Below, in pieces: positions 43,647-52,586 of a stretch of 64,000 nucleotides of DNA. The position numbers were made by a program, and so were the translations under genes. Under the pieces are notes generated by a model. The model ran no database searches. It saw only the letters and a program-made list of their open reading frames with translations, and was not told the DNA's origin. This stretch comes from an uncultured Gammaproteobacteria bacterium (GTDB taxonomy: Bacteria > Patescibacteriota > Microgenomatia > Woykebacterales > RBG-16-39-9b): NCBI GenBank assembly GCA_965231125.1, contig OZ246414.1, positions 145,739-209,738 on the forward strand. The letters run 5' to 3'. Within the stretch, counting starts at the first letter, position 1, and the number at the start of each line of letters is the position of its first letter.

Positions 43647-43718
43647 GTGGGACTAAGATCCCACTTTTTCGTTAGAAAAAGCAGTCTTAACACAAAGTGT
43701 TAAGAAAACTTTCTTTTT
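43647..43718 (+). terminator. nusA leader: terminator-like hairpin GTGGGA-CTAAGA-TCCCAC+TTTTT and second perfect hairpin TCTTAACAC-AAA-GTGTTAAGA+T-rich tract
   Basis: Two hairpins, each followed by T-runs, between the promoter and the nusA SD. Attenuator-like arrangement. Confidence 0.4.
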
Positions 43719-43728
43719 GGAGGAATAA

Positions 43729-44874
43729 ATGGCTTTACGTACAGAGTTTGCAGCCGCTCTAAATCAGGCAGCCGCGGAACGCGGTATTGACCCACAAGAA
43801 GTGTTGGAAATAATTGAAGAGGCGATAGCCGCAGCCTACAAAAAGGATTACGGAGGCCAAATTGAAGATATTTCGGCCGAAATTGACCCTGAAACTGGGG
43901 AAGCTAAAGTCTCGCAAGACGGAAAAGACGTAACTCCTCCGGGCTTTGGCCGCATTGCCGCGCAAACTGCCAAACAAGTACTACTGCAGAGAATTCGCGA
44001 GGCGGAAAAAGGAGCGATTCTTTCGGAGTACGAAAAAAAGGTTGGGGCTGTGGTTAACGGTATGGTTCAAAGAGTTGAAGGCTCAAACGTTGTTGTCGAT
44101 TTGGGTAAAACTGAGGCCATAATGCCGGCCAGTGAAAAAATGCTTGGAGAAGATTATCGTCTGAACCAAAGGTTAAAGTTTTATATAGTTGGTATTAAAG
44201 AATCCGCCAAGGGCCAGGACATTATTATTTCAAGGTCCCATAAAGGCTTGGTTGAGGGGCTTTTCAAACTGGAAGTGCCAGAAATTGGCTCGGGGATCGT
44301 CGAGATAAAAGCAATTGCCCGCGAGGCAGGACAGCGAACTAAAGCAGCCGTTTCTTCAAAACAGGCCGGTGTGGACCCAGTTGGTTCTTGTGTTGGCCAA
44401 AAGGGAGTACGGGTGCAAGCCGTTATTGCCGAACTTGGAGTTGAGAAGATAGATGTTATTGCCTACAGCGACGACCCGGCAAAATTTGTGGCATCGGCTC
44501 TTTCACCAGCCAAGGTGGAAAAAGTGCGCGTTGATGCTGAGAACAAAATCGCCTACGTTTCGGTTCCCGAAGACCAACTCTCTCTTGCCATTGGTAAAGA
44601 CGGTCAGAACGTAAGATTGGCGGCTAAATTAACCGGTTGGAAAGTGGACATTAAAGGCGCCGGCGGCCTTGGTGGAGCCGAGACTTTGAAAGATAAAGTA
44701 GACACAAAAGAGTCTGAGGGGGCTGTTGCCAAGCCAGGAAAAAAGAAGACTCTTGCCAAAAAGGGAGCCAAGAAGCAAGAAAAAGAAGAAGAAACAAAAG
44801 AAACTAAGACCAAGGGAAAAAAGGCAACAACTAAAAAGAGGAAGGAAAGTACGAAGGCAGTTAGGGAAAAGTAA
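43729..44874 (+). CDS. nusA: transcription termination/antitermination factor NusA
   Basis: N-terminal domain, S1 and KH regions, then a lysine-rich C-terminal tail. Confidence 0.9.
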   Translation: MALRTEFAAALNQAAAERGIDPQEVLEIIEEAIAAAYKKDYGGQIEDISAEIDPETGEAKVSQDGKDVTPPGFGRIAAQTAKQVLLQRIREAEKGAILSEYEKKVGAVVNGMVQRVEGSNVVVDLGKTEAIMPASEKMLGEDYRLNQRLKFYIVGIKESAKGQDIIISRSHKGLVEGLFKLEVPEIGSGIVEIKAIAREAGQRTKAAVSSKQAGVDPVGSCVGQKGVRVQAVIAELGVEKIDVIAYSDDPAKFVASALSPAKVEKVRVDAENKIAYVSVPEDQLSLAIGKDGQNVRLAAKLTGWKVDIKGAGGLGGAETLKDKVDTKESEGAVAKPGKKKTLAKKGAKKQEKEEETKETKTKGKKATTKKRKESTKAVREK

Positions 44875-44877
44875 TTT

Positions 44878-46350
44878 ATGAAAAATCAGGCAGCACCTGT
44901 AATCGAAAAAAATAAAAATGTACGTGGGGAGCCCGCACCACCAGTGGTAACGATTTTAGGCCATGTTGACCATGGTAAGACTACGCTACTAGATTTTATT
45001 CGCAAAAGTCATGTGGCCGAAAAGGAAGAGGGCGGAATCACCCAACACACCCGGGCTTTTAAAGTTGAGGAAGGCGGAAAGTCCATTACTTTCATTGATA
45101 CTCCTGGTCACGAGGCTTTTTCGGCAATGCGTTCCAGAGGGGCAAAAATTACGGATGTAGCCCTTTTGGTAGTCGCCGCCGATGACGCCGTCATGCCTCA
45201 GACAAAAGAGTCCATCGAGCATATAAAAGCGGCAAACGTGCCGGTGGTAGTAGCCATAAACAAGATGGATTTACCGGGCGCAAATATTGAGAAGGTCAAA
45301 AAACAGTTGGCGGACGAAGGCATTTTAGTTGAAGGTTATGGTGGCGATGTCGTGGCGGTACCTGTCTCGGCCAAGACTGGTCAGGGAGTCCCCGAGCTTT
45401 TAGAAATGATTCACCTCGTTTCCGAAATCTCCGAAGTTAAAAGGCACGGAAAAGATTTTGAGGTAGTTGTAATTGAGTCTTACTTAGATAAATTTCGAGG
45501 GCCAGTGGCGCTAATTATTGTTAAAGCGGGGCTTTTGGCAGTTGGTGACACAATTTTCGGTGAGGGAGCATCCGGAAAAATAAAATCGATTACTAGTACA
45601 AACGGCAAAAATTTAAAAGAGGCAGCTATCTCAGAACCGGTAGAAATTTTAGGTTTGGATAAAGTGCCAAGTGTTGGTGAGGCATTGAGCAAAAAGACAA
45701 AAGAAGTTTCCGCCGCAGCCACCACCAATAAATCTACATTTTCTTGGGATGAGGCCGACACGTCCGAAGTACACCTTATTCTTAAAGCCGACACCGACGG
45801 TGTTTTAGAAGCAATAACAAAATCGATTGAAACTCTAAAGCAAGAGGGTCAGGAAGTTAAATTTATCCTTAAAGAAACTGGAAATATTAACGAGAACGAC
45901 GTTTTACTAGCCGCTTCCTCAAAGTCCATTATTATTGGGTTTAATGTTGAGGTGGCGCCCTCAATAAAAAAATTAGCCGAAGAAGAAAAAGTTAGCATCC
46001 GAACTTACAAACTTATTTACGAGCTTTTAGATGAGCTGAACGAAGGTCTTACGGCCTTGGCAGAGAGTAGAATGAAAAAAGAGGTGCTCGGTAAAGCAAA
46101 AATCGTGGCCCTTTTTGACTCACCGGCCGGTAAAATTGCCGGGTGTAAGGTTACATCCGGGAGAATAAATAAGGTAGATAAGATCGCTATCTCAAGAGGA
46201 GAAAGTGTAATAGCCGAAACCCAAATTCGATCAATGAAGCACAAACTTTCGGATATTAATGAAGCGAAAGAAGAAGAAGAGTTTGGGGTTACGTTTGAAA
46301 AAAATATAAAGTTTGAGGTAGGTGATATAATCCAGGCGGTGAAAGAATAA
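44878..46350 (+). CDS. infB: translation initiation factor IF-2 (short form)
   Basis: G-domain GHVDHGKTT and DTPGHEAF followed by the IF2 C-terminal domains. Confidence 0.9.
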   Translation: MKNQAAPVIEKNKNVRGEPAPPVVTILGHVDHGKTTLLDFIRKSHVAEKEEGGITQHTRAFKVEEGGKSITFIDTPGHEAFSAMRSRGAKITDVALLVVAADDAVMPQTKESIEHIKAANVPVVVAINKMDLPGANIEKVKKQLADEGILVEGYGGDVVAVPVSAKTGQGVPELLEMIHLVSEISEVKRHGKDFEVVVIESYLDKFRGPVALIIVKAGLLAVGDTIFGEGASGKIKSITSTNGKNLKEAAISEPVEILGLDKVPSVGEALSKKTKEVSAAATTNKSTFSWDEADTSEVHLILKADTDGVLEAITKSIETLKQEGQEVKFILKETGNINENDVLLAASSKSIIIGFNVEVAPSIKKLAEEEKVSIRTYKLIYELLDELNEGLTALAESRMKKEVLGKAKIVALFDSPAGKIAGCKVTSGRINKVDKIAISRGESVIAETQIRSMKHKLSDINEAKEEEEFGVTFEKNIKFEVGDIIQAVKE

Positions 46351-47165
46351 TGGAAATAAACATGCCGGCATTTCAATTTAAAGATCTTTATAGCAAAGCA
46401 AAGAAGGTGCTGATTTTAATTGGCGCGCCAGAGGCGGGTGCAGTCTATGCAGCTTTAGGGCTTGCCGATTTATTCAAATCGCAAGGATCCAGCGCGCATC
46501 TAGTTTCCGAGGTAAGATTGCCAGCTTCTTTAGGAGTTATTTCTGGTTCTGAGGAAATAAAGGACAAAATTGAGACAAAAAGCTTGATTTTTTCTTTTGA
46601 TCATCAAAAAAACCCAATTGAAAAAATTAGCTACAAAATCGAGGGCGAAAAGTTTAATTTAATAGTGAAACCAAGGAAGGGAGATTTTAATCTCGAAAGC
46701 GTCCAAACCAGTTTTACCGGTGGAGATTATAATCTAATTATAATTTTAGGTGCGGAAAGCCTTGAGAACCTGAAAGTGTATTCTTCTAACAAAGATCTTT
46801 TCGAGAGTCTGCCGACGATAGATATAGATGTAAGCTCGGCAAATACCCGCTACGGTAAGTTAAATATTTTAAACTCAGAGATTGCGAGTATTAGCGCATT
46901 GGTCGCAAAAGTTTTGGAAGATGCCAAAATTAAACTTACGGAAAAGGCAGCGACACTGTTAATTTCCGGTATACGTGAAGAGACGCAGAATTTTACTAAA
47001 GTTGGAAGCGCTGCAGTTTTTGAAGCGGCCGCCTACGCCACAAAAACGATTGAAGGTAAGATATCAGAAGCTGAAGAGGGGGGTCGTGACTCTACTAAAG
47101 AGAGTACGAGCCTACCAAAAGACTGGTTGTCCCCCAAAGTCTTCCGCAGCTCAAAAGTTTCTTGA
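46350..47165 (+). CDS. DHH-family phosphoesterase-like protein with degenerate catalytic motifs (position equivalent to nrnA/cnpB in nusA-infB operons)
   Basis: LILIGAPEAGAVYAALGLADL resembles DHH motif I but lacks the Asp residues. FDHQ sits at the DHH position. No GGGH motif. Confidence 0.35.
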   Translation: MEINMPAFQFKDLYSKAKKVLILIGAPEAGAVYAALGLADLFKSQGSSAHLVSEVRLPASLGVISGSEEIKDKIETKSLIFSFDHQKNPIEKISYKIEGEKFNLIVKPRKGDFNLESVQTSFTGGDYNLIIILGAESLENLKVYSSNKDLFESLPTIDIDVSSANTRYGKLNILNSEIASISALVAKVLEDAKIKLTEKAATLLISGIREETQNFTKVGSAAVFEAAAYATKTIEGKISEAEEGGRDSTKESTSLPKDWLSPKVFRSSKVS

Positions 47166-47228
47166 CTGCTCCCATTCTTGCGAACTTAAAGCTAGGTTTG
47201 ATATAATTGGTCTAAAGTTTAGATAACT

Positions 47229-47498
47229 ATGGCGTTGGAAAAAAACGAAAAGCAAAAAATTTTAAAAGAGTTTGCCCAACACGAAGGTGACACTGGTTCA
47301 CCAGAGGTTCAGGTTGCTCTTCTTACGGAAAGAATAAAACGCCTCACCGACCATCTAAAAGGTCATAAGCAAGACGTTCATTCACGCAGAGGTCTCCTGC
47401 AAATGGTTAATAAAAGGAGAAGGATTTTGATATACCTTACAAGAAAAGAGCCGGATCGCTACAAAGCCATAGTACAGAAGTTGGGATTAAGTAAATAG
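47229..47498 (+). CDS. rpsO: 30S ribosomal protein S15
   Basis: 89 aa with characteristic ...[36 protein letters not shown]. Confidence 0.9.
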   Translation: MALEKNEKQKILKEFAQHEGDTGSPEVQVALLTERIKRLTDHLKGHKQDVHSRRGLLQMVNKRRRILIYLTRKEPDRYKAIVQKLGLSK

Positions 47499-47543
47499 TC
47501 GCGAAGCGACTAGTTTATAGCCTTGCGCCCAGTAAAACTGGGC
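47496..47543 (+). terminator. two hairpins downstream of rpsO (AGTCGC-GAA-GCGACT overlapping the stop; GCCCAG-TAAAA-CTGGGC)
   Basis: Perfect stems with weak T tracts. Position matches the rpsO terminator / pnp leader processing region in other bacteria. Confidence 0.4.
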
Positions 47544-47715
47544 TAAAAGCTATCGTCCAAAAGTTGAGCCTAGCTAACGACTTGCACTTGTGTAGTAAAA
47601 TGAGATGTTATAATAGATTAGGTGGAGACTTAGTCAGAGATCAGCGAACCGTGACCAGAGCCTTCTGTTCCCCGTTCTCTGTTCACTGACTTAGTCCTCG
47701 TACCTCTGAAGTTTA

Positions 47716-49806
47716 ATGGATAAAGAAGATTCATCAAAAAAATATTCAAAAAAAGAAATCTCTTGGGGTGGTAGAACCCTTTCTTTGGAGACTGGTAAGC
47801 TTGCACGACAGGCCGATGCCGCTGTTGTGGCTAGATACGCAGACACGGTAGTTTTAGCAACGGTGGTATCCACACCGGCAGCTGAAGATCTTGGCTATTT
47901 CCCGTTAACGGTGGATTATGAGGAAAGACTTTACGCGGCCGGTAAAATATCTTCATCAAGGTTTATTAAAAGAGAAGGACGTCCTTCGGACGAAGCAATC
48001 CTTAACGGTAGACTTATCGACCGCTCAATTAGGCCTCTTTTTCCAAAGGACTACTTTAATCAAGTTCAAGTAATTATCACAATCCTTTCTTACGATCAGG
48101 AAAACGATCCGGATCTACCAGCGCTTTTAGCGACCTCAGCCGCTTTGTCGATCTCACCAGTACCTTGGGGCGGCCCGGTTGCTTTTGCCAAAGTTGGTTT
48201 TAGAGACGGCAGCTACCTTCTAAATCCCACCAAGACCGATCAGGTGACGAGTGATCTAGATTTGGCAGTTAGTTTTAACAAAGACAAAGTTTTAATGATT
48301 GAGACGGCCGCCAAAGAAGTTAGTGAAGAGACAGCCCTTTCAGGAATAAATTTTGCTAGAGACCAAGTTAAAGAAATCTTCAAGTTGCTGGAGGAGTTCA
48401 CCAAAGAAAACGCCCGAGAAAAAGAAGTCTACGAAGTTGAAGAGGTTGAGGCGGAGACAAAAAAGAAGTTGGTAGCGCACGTGAAAGAAAATTTCAAGGA
48501 AAAACTTTTTAGCCCAGAAAGAGCCGCGCGCGAAAGTGCCGCCGAGGAGTTTAAGGAGGAGCTGTACAAAGAATTTGAGGGGAAACTTTCAAAAACGGAA
48601 ATGAACGAGATATTCGACCAGACCGTTAAGAAAATGGTTCGGGAGGCGATTGTCGACGAAGGTAAAAGACCAGATGGTCGGTCTCTTGATCAGGTTAGGG
48701 AAATAGAAATTGAGGTTGGTCTCTTGCCGCGGGCTCATGGTTCGGCTGTATTTCGAAGGGGCGACACTCAAGTTTTAACGGTTGCAACTCTTGGTTCTAC
48801 CTCGTTAGAGCAATTGATTGAGGGAATGGAAGGGCCAGGAACTAAAAGGTTTATGCATCACTACACCTTCCCACCATTTTCAACCGGAGAGGTAAGAAGG
48901 ATGGGTTCTCCAGGAAGACGTGAGATTGGTCACGGGGCTTTGGCTGAGAAAGCGATTGGTCCAGTTGTTCCTCCAGATGACAAATTTCCTTACACGGTAA
49001 GACTTGTTTCCGAAGTCCTTTCCTCATCTGGTTCGACATCAATGGGGGCCACTTGTGGGTCGACCCTGGCACTTATGGATGCCGGAGTTCCTATTGCCGC
49101 GCCGGTTTCCGGTATAGCCATGGGGTTGGTAACCGAAGGAGAAAAATACAAAATACTTACGGATATTCAGGCTTTGGAGGATTTTTACGGGGACATGGAC
49201 TTTAAAATTGCGGGTACTGAAAAAGGAATAACGGCTATTCAGCTCGATGTAAAAATTGATGGTCTGGCGGAAAAAATTATTAAAGAAACTTTAGAGCAGG
49301 CAAAGGCGGGCCGGAAATTCATTTTGGATAAAATGCTCTCCTCTTTACCTAAACCTCGCGCCGAGCTTTCAAAATACGCACCTAGAATTACGGTTATAAA
49401 TATCCCGCCGAACAAAATTGGCGAGGTGATTGGTTCTGGCGGCAAAACAATAAACAAAATAATTGAGGAGACCGGTGTGGCGATCGATATCGAAGACGAC
49501 GGCAAGGTGATGATTTCCAGTGACGATCCAGAAGGTGCCCAAAAAGCAGTGGATTGGGTAAAAGGTTTAACTCGTGAGGTTAAACCGGGCGAAGTCTACG
49601 ATGGTGTAGTTAAAAGAGTAGTAGCTTTTGGGGCTTTTGTAGAGATTTTGCCGGGTAAAGAAGGATTAGTTCACATCTCGCAACTTGCGCCTTACAGAGT
49701 GGAAGATATTAATAAAGAAGTTGAAGTTGGTCAGAAATTTAAGGTAAAAGTTTCGGAGGTAGATTCGCAAGGGCGAATTAATCTAACCCGCAAGTCCGTT
49801 GATTAG
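47716..49806 (+). CDS. pnp: polyribonucleotide nucleotidyltransferase (PNPase)
   Basis: Two RNase PH domains followed by KH and S1 domains. 696 aa. Confidence 0.95.
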   Translation: MDKEDSSKKYSKKEISWGGRTLSLETGKLARQADAAVVARYADTVVLATVVSTPAAEDLGYFPLTVDYEERLYAAGKISSSRFIKREGRPSDEAILNGRLIDRSIRPLFPKDYFNQVQVIITILSYDQENDPDLPALLATSAALSISPVPWGGPVAFAKVGFRDGSYLLNPTKTDQVTSDLDLAVSFNKDKVLMIETAAKEVSEETALSGINFARDQVKEIFKLLEEFTKENAREKEVYEVEEVEAETKKKLVAHVKENFKEKLFSPERAARESAAEEFKEELYKEFEGKLSKTEMNEIFDQTVKKMVREAIVDEGKRPDGRSLDQVREIEIEVGLLPRAHGSAVFRRGDTQVLTVATLGSTSLEQLIEGMEGPGTKRFMHHYTFPPFSTGEVRRMGSPGRREIGHGALAEKAIGPVVPPDDKFPYTVRLVSEVLSSSGSTSMGATCGSTLALMDAGVPIAAPVSGIAMGLVTEGEKYKILTDIQALEDFYGDMDFKIAGTEKGITAIQLDVKIDGLAEKIIKETLEQAKAGRKFILDKMLSSLPKPRAELSKYAPRITVINIPPNKIGEVIGSGGKTINKIIEETGVAIDIEDDGKVMISSDDPEGAQKAVDWVKGLTREVKPGEVYDGVVKRVVAFGAFVEILPGKEGLVHISQLAPYRVEDINKEVEVGQKFKVKVSEVDSQGRINLTRKSVD

Positions 49807-49824
49807 CACAGGCAAGTTCCTTTC

Positions 49825-50448
49825 ATGGATAAAAGACAGCTTCTTGTTCAACTTGAAAAGAAGATTCAAGAATGCAAAAGGTGCGATCTTTGGAAAAATA
49901 CAACTCATGCGGTTCCTGGTGAGGGCGCTGGAGACGCAAAAGTATTTTTCATTGGGGAAGGGCCAGGGTTTCACGAAGACAGATTAGGAAGGCCGTTTGT
50001 TGGACAAGCGGGCAAGCTTCTAGATAAACTTATGGGGGAAATTGGGGTTAGCCGCAAAGAAGTCTTTATTGGCAACGTGGTAAAGCACCGACCGCCGGAA
50101 AATCGGGACCCCCTTCCTTCTGAAATTGCTGCTTGTAAATATTGGTTGGACCAGCAGCTTGAAATAATCAATCCAAGGATAGTAGTCACGTTAGGGAGGT
50201 ATTCTTTAGCAAAATTTTTGCCCAACGCAAAAATTTCTCAAGTGCACGGCACACCAGTAAAGGTTAAAAATTTAGTTGTCTTGCCAATGTACCACCCCGC
50301 TGCCGCCTTGCGCAGTCGAGATATTTTAGACAGTTTAAGAGGGGACTTTAAGAAGAATGCACCCCTTGTTAAAAATCCGGATGATTTATCTAACGTTGAA
50401 GAGTTGAAGGACACTTCAGGAGATCCAAATCAAATGAGTCTTATATGA
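49825..50448 (+). CDS. uracil-DNA glycosylase, family 4
   Basis: Motifs C-x2-C...GEGPG, FVGQAG, HRPPENRDP. Confidence 0.8.
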   Translation: MDKRQLLVQLEKKIQECKRCDLWKNTTHAVPGEGAGDAKVFFIGEGPGFHEDRLGRPFVGQAGKLLDKLMGEIGVSRKEVFIGNVVKHRPPENRDPLPSEIAACKYWLDQQLEIINPRIVVTLGRYSLAKFLPNAKISQVHGTPVKVKNLVVLPMYHPAAALRSRDILDSLRGDFKKNAPLVKNPDDLSNVEELKDTSGDPNQMSLI

Positions 50449-52130
50449 ACGAAAAAATTAAATTTGAAGGTGACGCTAAATCTAAAAAACTTCGCTTCAT
50501 TCCTTTGGGTGGCAACGGCCAGGTCACAAAAAATATGTTTCTTTACGAATACGGCGATGATATTGTCATCGTTGATTGCGGCATGGGTTTTCCTTCTGAA
50601 ATTATGTACGGTGTGGACATGGTTATCCCCGACATCTCCTATCTAAAGGGAAAAGAGCATAAAATCCGGGCAATATTCATAACCCACGGCCATGAAGATC
50701 ATATCGGCGCTCTTCCCTACCTTATCGATCGCCTTTCGGCTCCAATTTACGCAACAAAACTGACAATCGGTTTGATAAAAGTTAGATTAAAAGAACAGAA
50801 CAAATTAAATTTTGCCAAGTTTACTCAAGTTGAGCCTCGTAAGCATTACCAAGTTGGAGCGTTTAATATTGAACCTTTTCAGGTAAGCCATTCAATACCA
50901 GATTCTGTAGGCTACGCAATTAACACACCAGTCGGCACTTTTATTCACACCGGCGATTATAAGTTTGACTGGACCCCAGTCGATGGAAAAACAACTGATG
51001 TGGATTGTCTTACTGGCTACGGAGAGAAGGGGGTTCTCGCTCTCATGAGTGATTGTTTACGCAGTGAAAAACCAGGTAACACTTTATCTGAAGCGGCCAT
51101 CCAACAGCGCTTTGAGGACGTTATGAAAAAAGCTACCGGTAGAGTTTTAATTACCACTTTCTCGTCCAATATATCGAGAGTCCAACAAGCAGTTAACGCC
51201 TCGTTAAAATACGGAAGAAGGGTAGCCATTGTCGGCCGTTCCATGAACCAAAACGCTCAAACAGCAACGGAGCTTGGGTACTTAAATGTGCCGAAAGATA
51301 TTTTGGTGGATGTGGAAAAAATCGATAAAATTCCTGATAAAAACCTGACGATTGTTGTCGCGGGAAGTCAGGGACAGCCAGGTAGTGCCTTGGCTCGTAT
51401 TGCTAATGCCGATCACCAGTGGATTTATATAAAGTCTGGAGACGAGATAATTTTTTCAGCCGACCCGATTCCGGGAAATCAAGACGCCGTGTACGAAATG
51501 ATTGATAATCTTTCGCGGCTTGGTGCAAATGTTTACTACTCAGATATAACGAGTGACTTTCACGTTTCCGGTCACGGAGCTCAAGCGGAGCTTCTTCTAA
51601 TGCTTTCGTTAACCAAGCCCAAATATGTTGTGCCGATCTCGGCGATGCACCGCCAGATGAGGCAGTACGCGGTACTGGCACAGCAAGCCGGCACGCCAGC
51701 CCAAAATATTTTAATTATCGATGAAGGCGGTGTGATTGAGTTTAGCCAGGATAGTGCGCGCTTGGTTGGACAAGTGGATACCACGAATGTCTTCGTTGAC
51801 GGTATTGGTGTCGGCGATGTTGGATCCATTGTTCTTCGCGACCGAAAAGTTTTGGCTGAAGAAGGAATTGTGATGGTGGTTGTGACGGTCGATAAATCAA
51901 AAAATAAGCTGGTTGGTGAGCCCGACATAATAAGTCGTGGATTTGTTTATATGAAAGAGAGTGGAGGCTTAATAAGGGAAGCCCAAAGTATAGTTAAAAA
52001 ATCTCTAGGTGATGGGAGAGTTAAAAACTGGCTCGCGGTCCGCGAGAAGATAACTTCGGATTTAGAAAGATTCCTCTACAAAAAAACCGCCCGCCGTCCC
52101 ATGGTGCTCCCCGTGATTGTTGGGGTTTAA
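50445..52130 (+). CDS. rnj: ribonuclease J (metallo-beta-lactamase/beta-CASP)
   Basis: Motifs HGHEDHIG and GDYKFD, then the beta-CASP and C-terminal domains. Confidence 0.85.
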   Translation: MNEKIKFEGDAKSKKLRFIPLGGNGQVTKNMFLYEYGDDIVIVDCGMGFPSEIMYGVDMVIPDISYLKGKEHKIRAIFITHGHEDHIGALPYLIDRLSAPIYATKLTIGLIKVRLKEQNKLNFAKFTQVEPRKHYQVGAFNIEPFQVSHSIPDSVGYAINTPVGTFIHTGDYKFDWTPVDGKTTDVDCLTGYGEKGVLALMSDCLRSEKPGNTLSEAAIQQRFEDVMKKATGRVLITTFSSNISRVQQAVNASLKYGRRVAIVGRSMNQNAQTATELGYLNVPKDILVDVEKIDKIPDKNLTIVVAGSQGQPGSALARIANADHQWIYIKSGDEIIFSADPIPGNQDAVYEMIDNLSRLGANVYYSDITSDFHVSGHGAQAELLLMLSLTKPKYVVPISAMHRQMRQYAVLAQQAGTPAQNILIIDEGGVIEFSQDSARLVGQVDTTNVFVDGIGVGDVGSIVLRDRKVLAEEGIVMVVVTVDKSKNKLVGEPDIISRGFVYMKESGGLIREAQSIVKKSLGDGRVKNWLAVREKITSDLERFLYKKTARRPMVLPVIVGV

Positions 52131-52139
52131 CAAGTTTTT

Positions 52140-52163
52140 GCTACCTTTGGCCGCAAAGGTAGC
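52140..52163 (+). terminator. perfect 10-bp hairpin GCTACCTTTG-GCCG-CAAAGGTAGC directly after rnj (no T-run)
   Basis: Read directly. May be a terminator or RNA-stability element. Confidence 0.3.
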
Positions 52164-52353
52164 GCCAAACTCACGCGCGTGATCCTCCAGCTACCCCGAA
52201 CCGAGCTGCTGCGTTAAAATTCTAAACTCCTCAAGTAAACTTTCGTCAAACAAGTAGAATTTTACCTTACGGCCCACTTGCATCTGGTTCGGGGTTTAAC
52301 GCTGACTAATCAAGCGCGCAAATTTAGTAAAATCAATTTAAGATAGGTAAAAC

Positions 52354-52385
52354 CCCTAGCTAGGCATTAAGATGCCTAGCGCAGG
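52354..52385. repeat. conserved hairpin element copy 2: CCC-TAGCTAGGCA-TTAAGA-TGCCTAGC-GCAGG
   Basis: Same element as 11019-11050 with compensatory substitution of the stem-closing pair. Confidence 0.5.
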
Positions 52386-52493
52386 TTAATAATATCCCCT
52401 AGTTCAAGATAATATCCCTTGGGATATTCTTGAACGCAAGACACGCAGTAGCTGATCTTCGGAGAAGGTATCAGATACTAGTGGCTTATAGTG

Positions 52494-52522
52494 TTGACAT
52501 CTCCGCGAAATTATGTTATGGT
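52494..52522 (+). promoter_or_regulatory. ftsK promoter TTGACA-17-TATGGT
   Basis: Exact -35, 17-nt spacer, imperfect -10. Confidence 0.45.
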
Positions 52523-52586
52523 CTAAGACCACTCTTGGTTGAATACTAAGGTGGTTTGTGGGAAAATCGGAAGGAGAGGAAATTTA

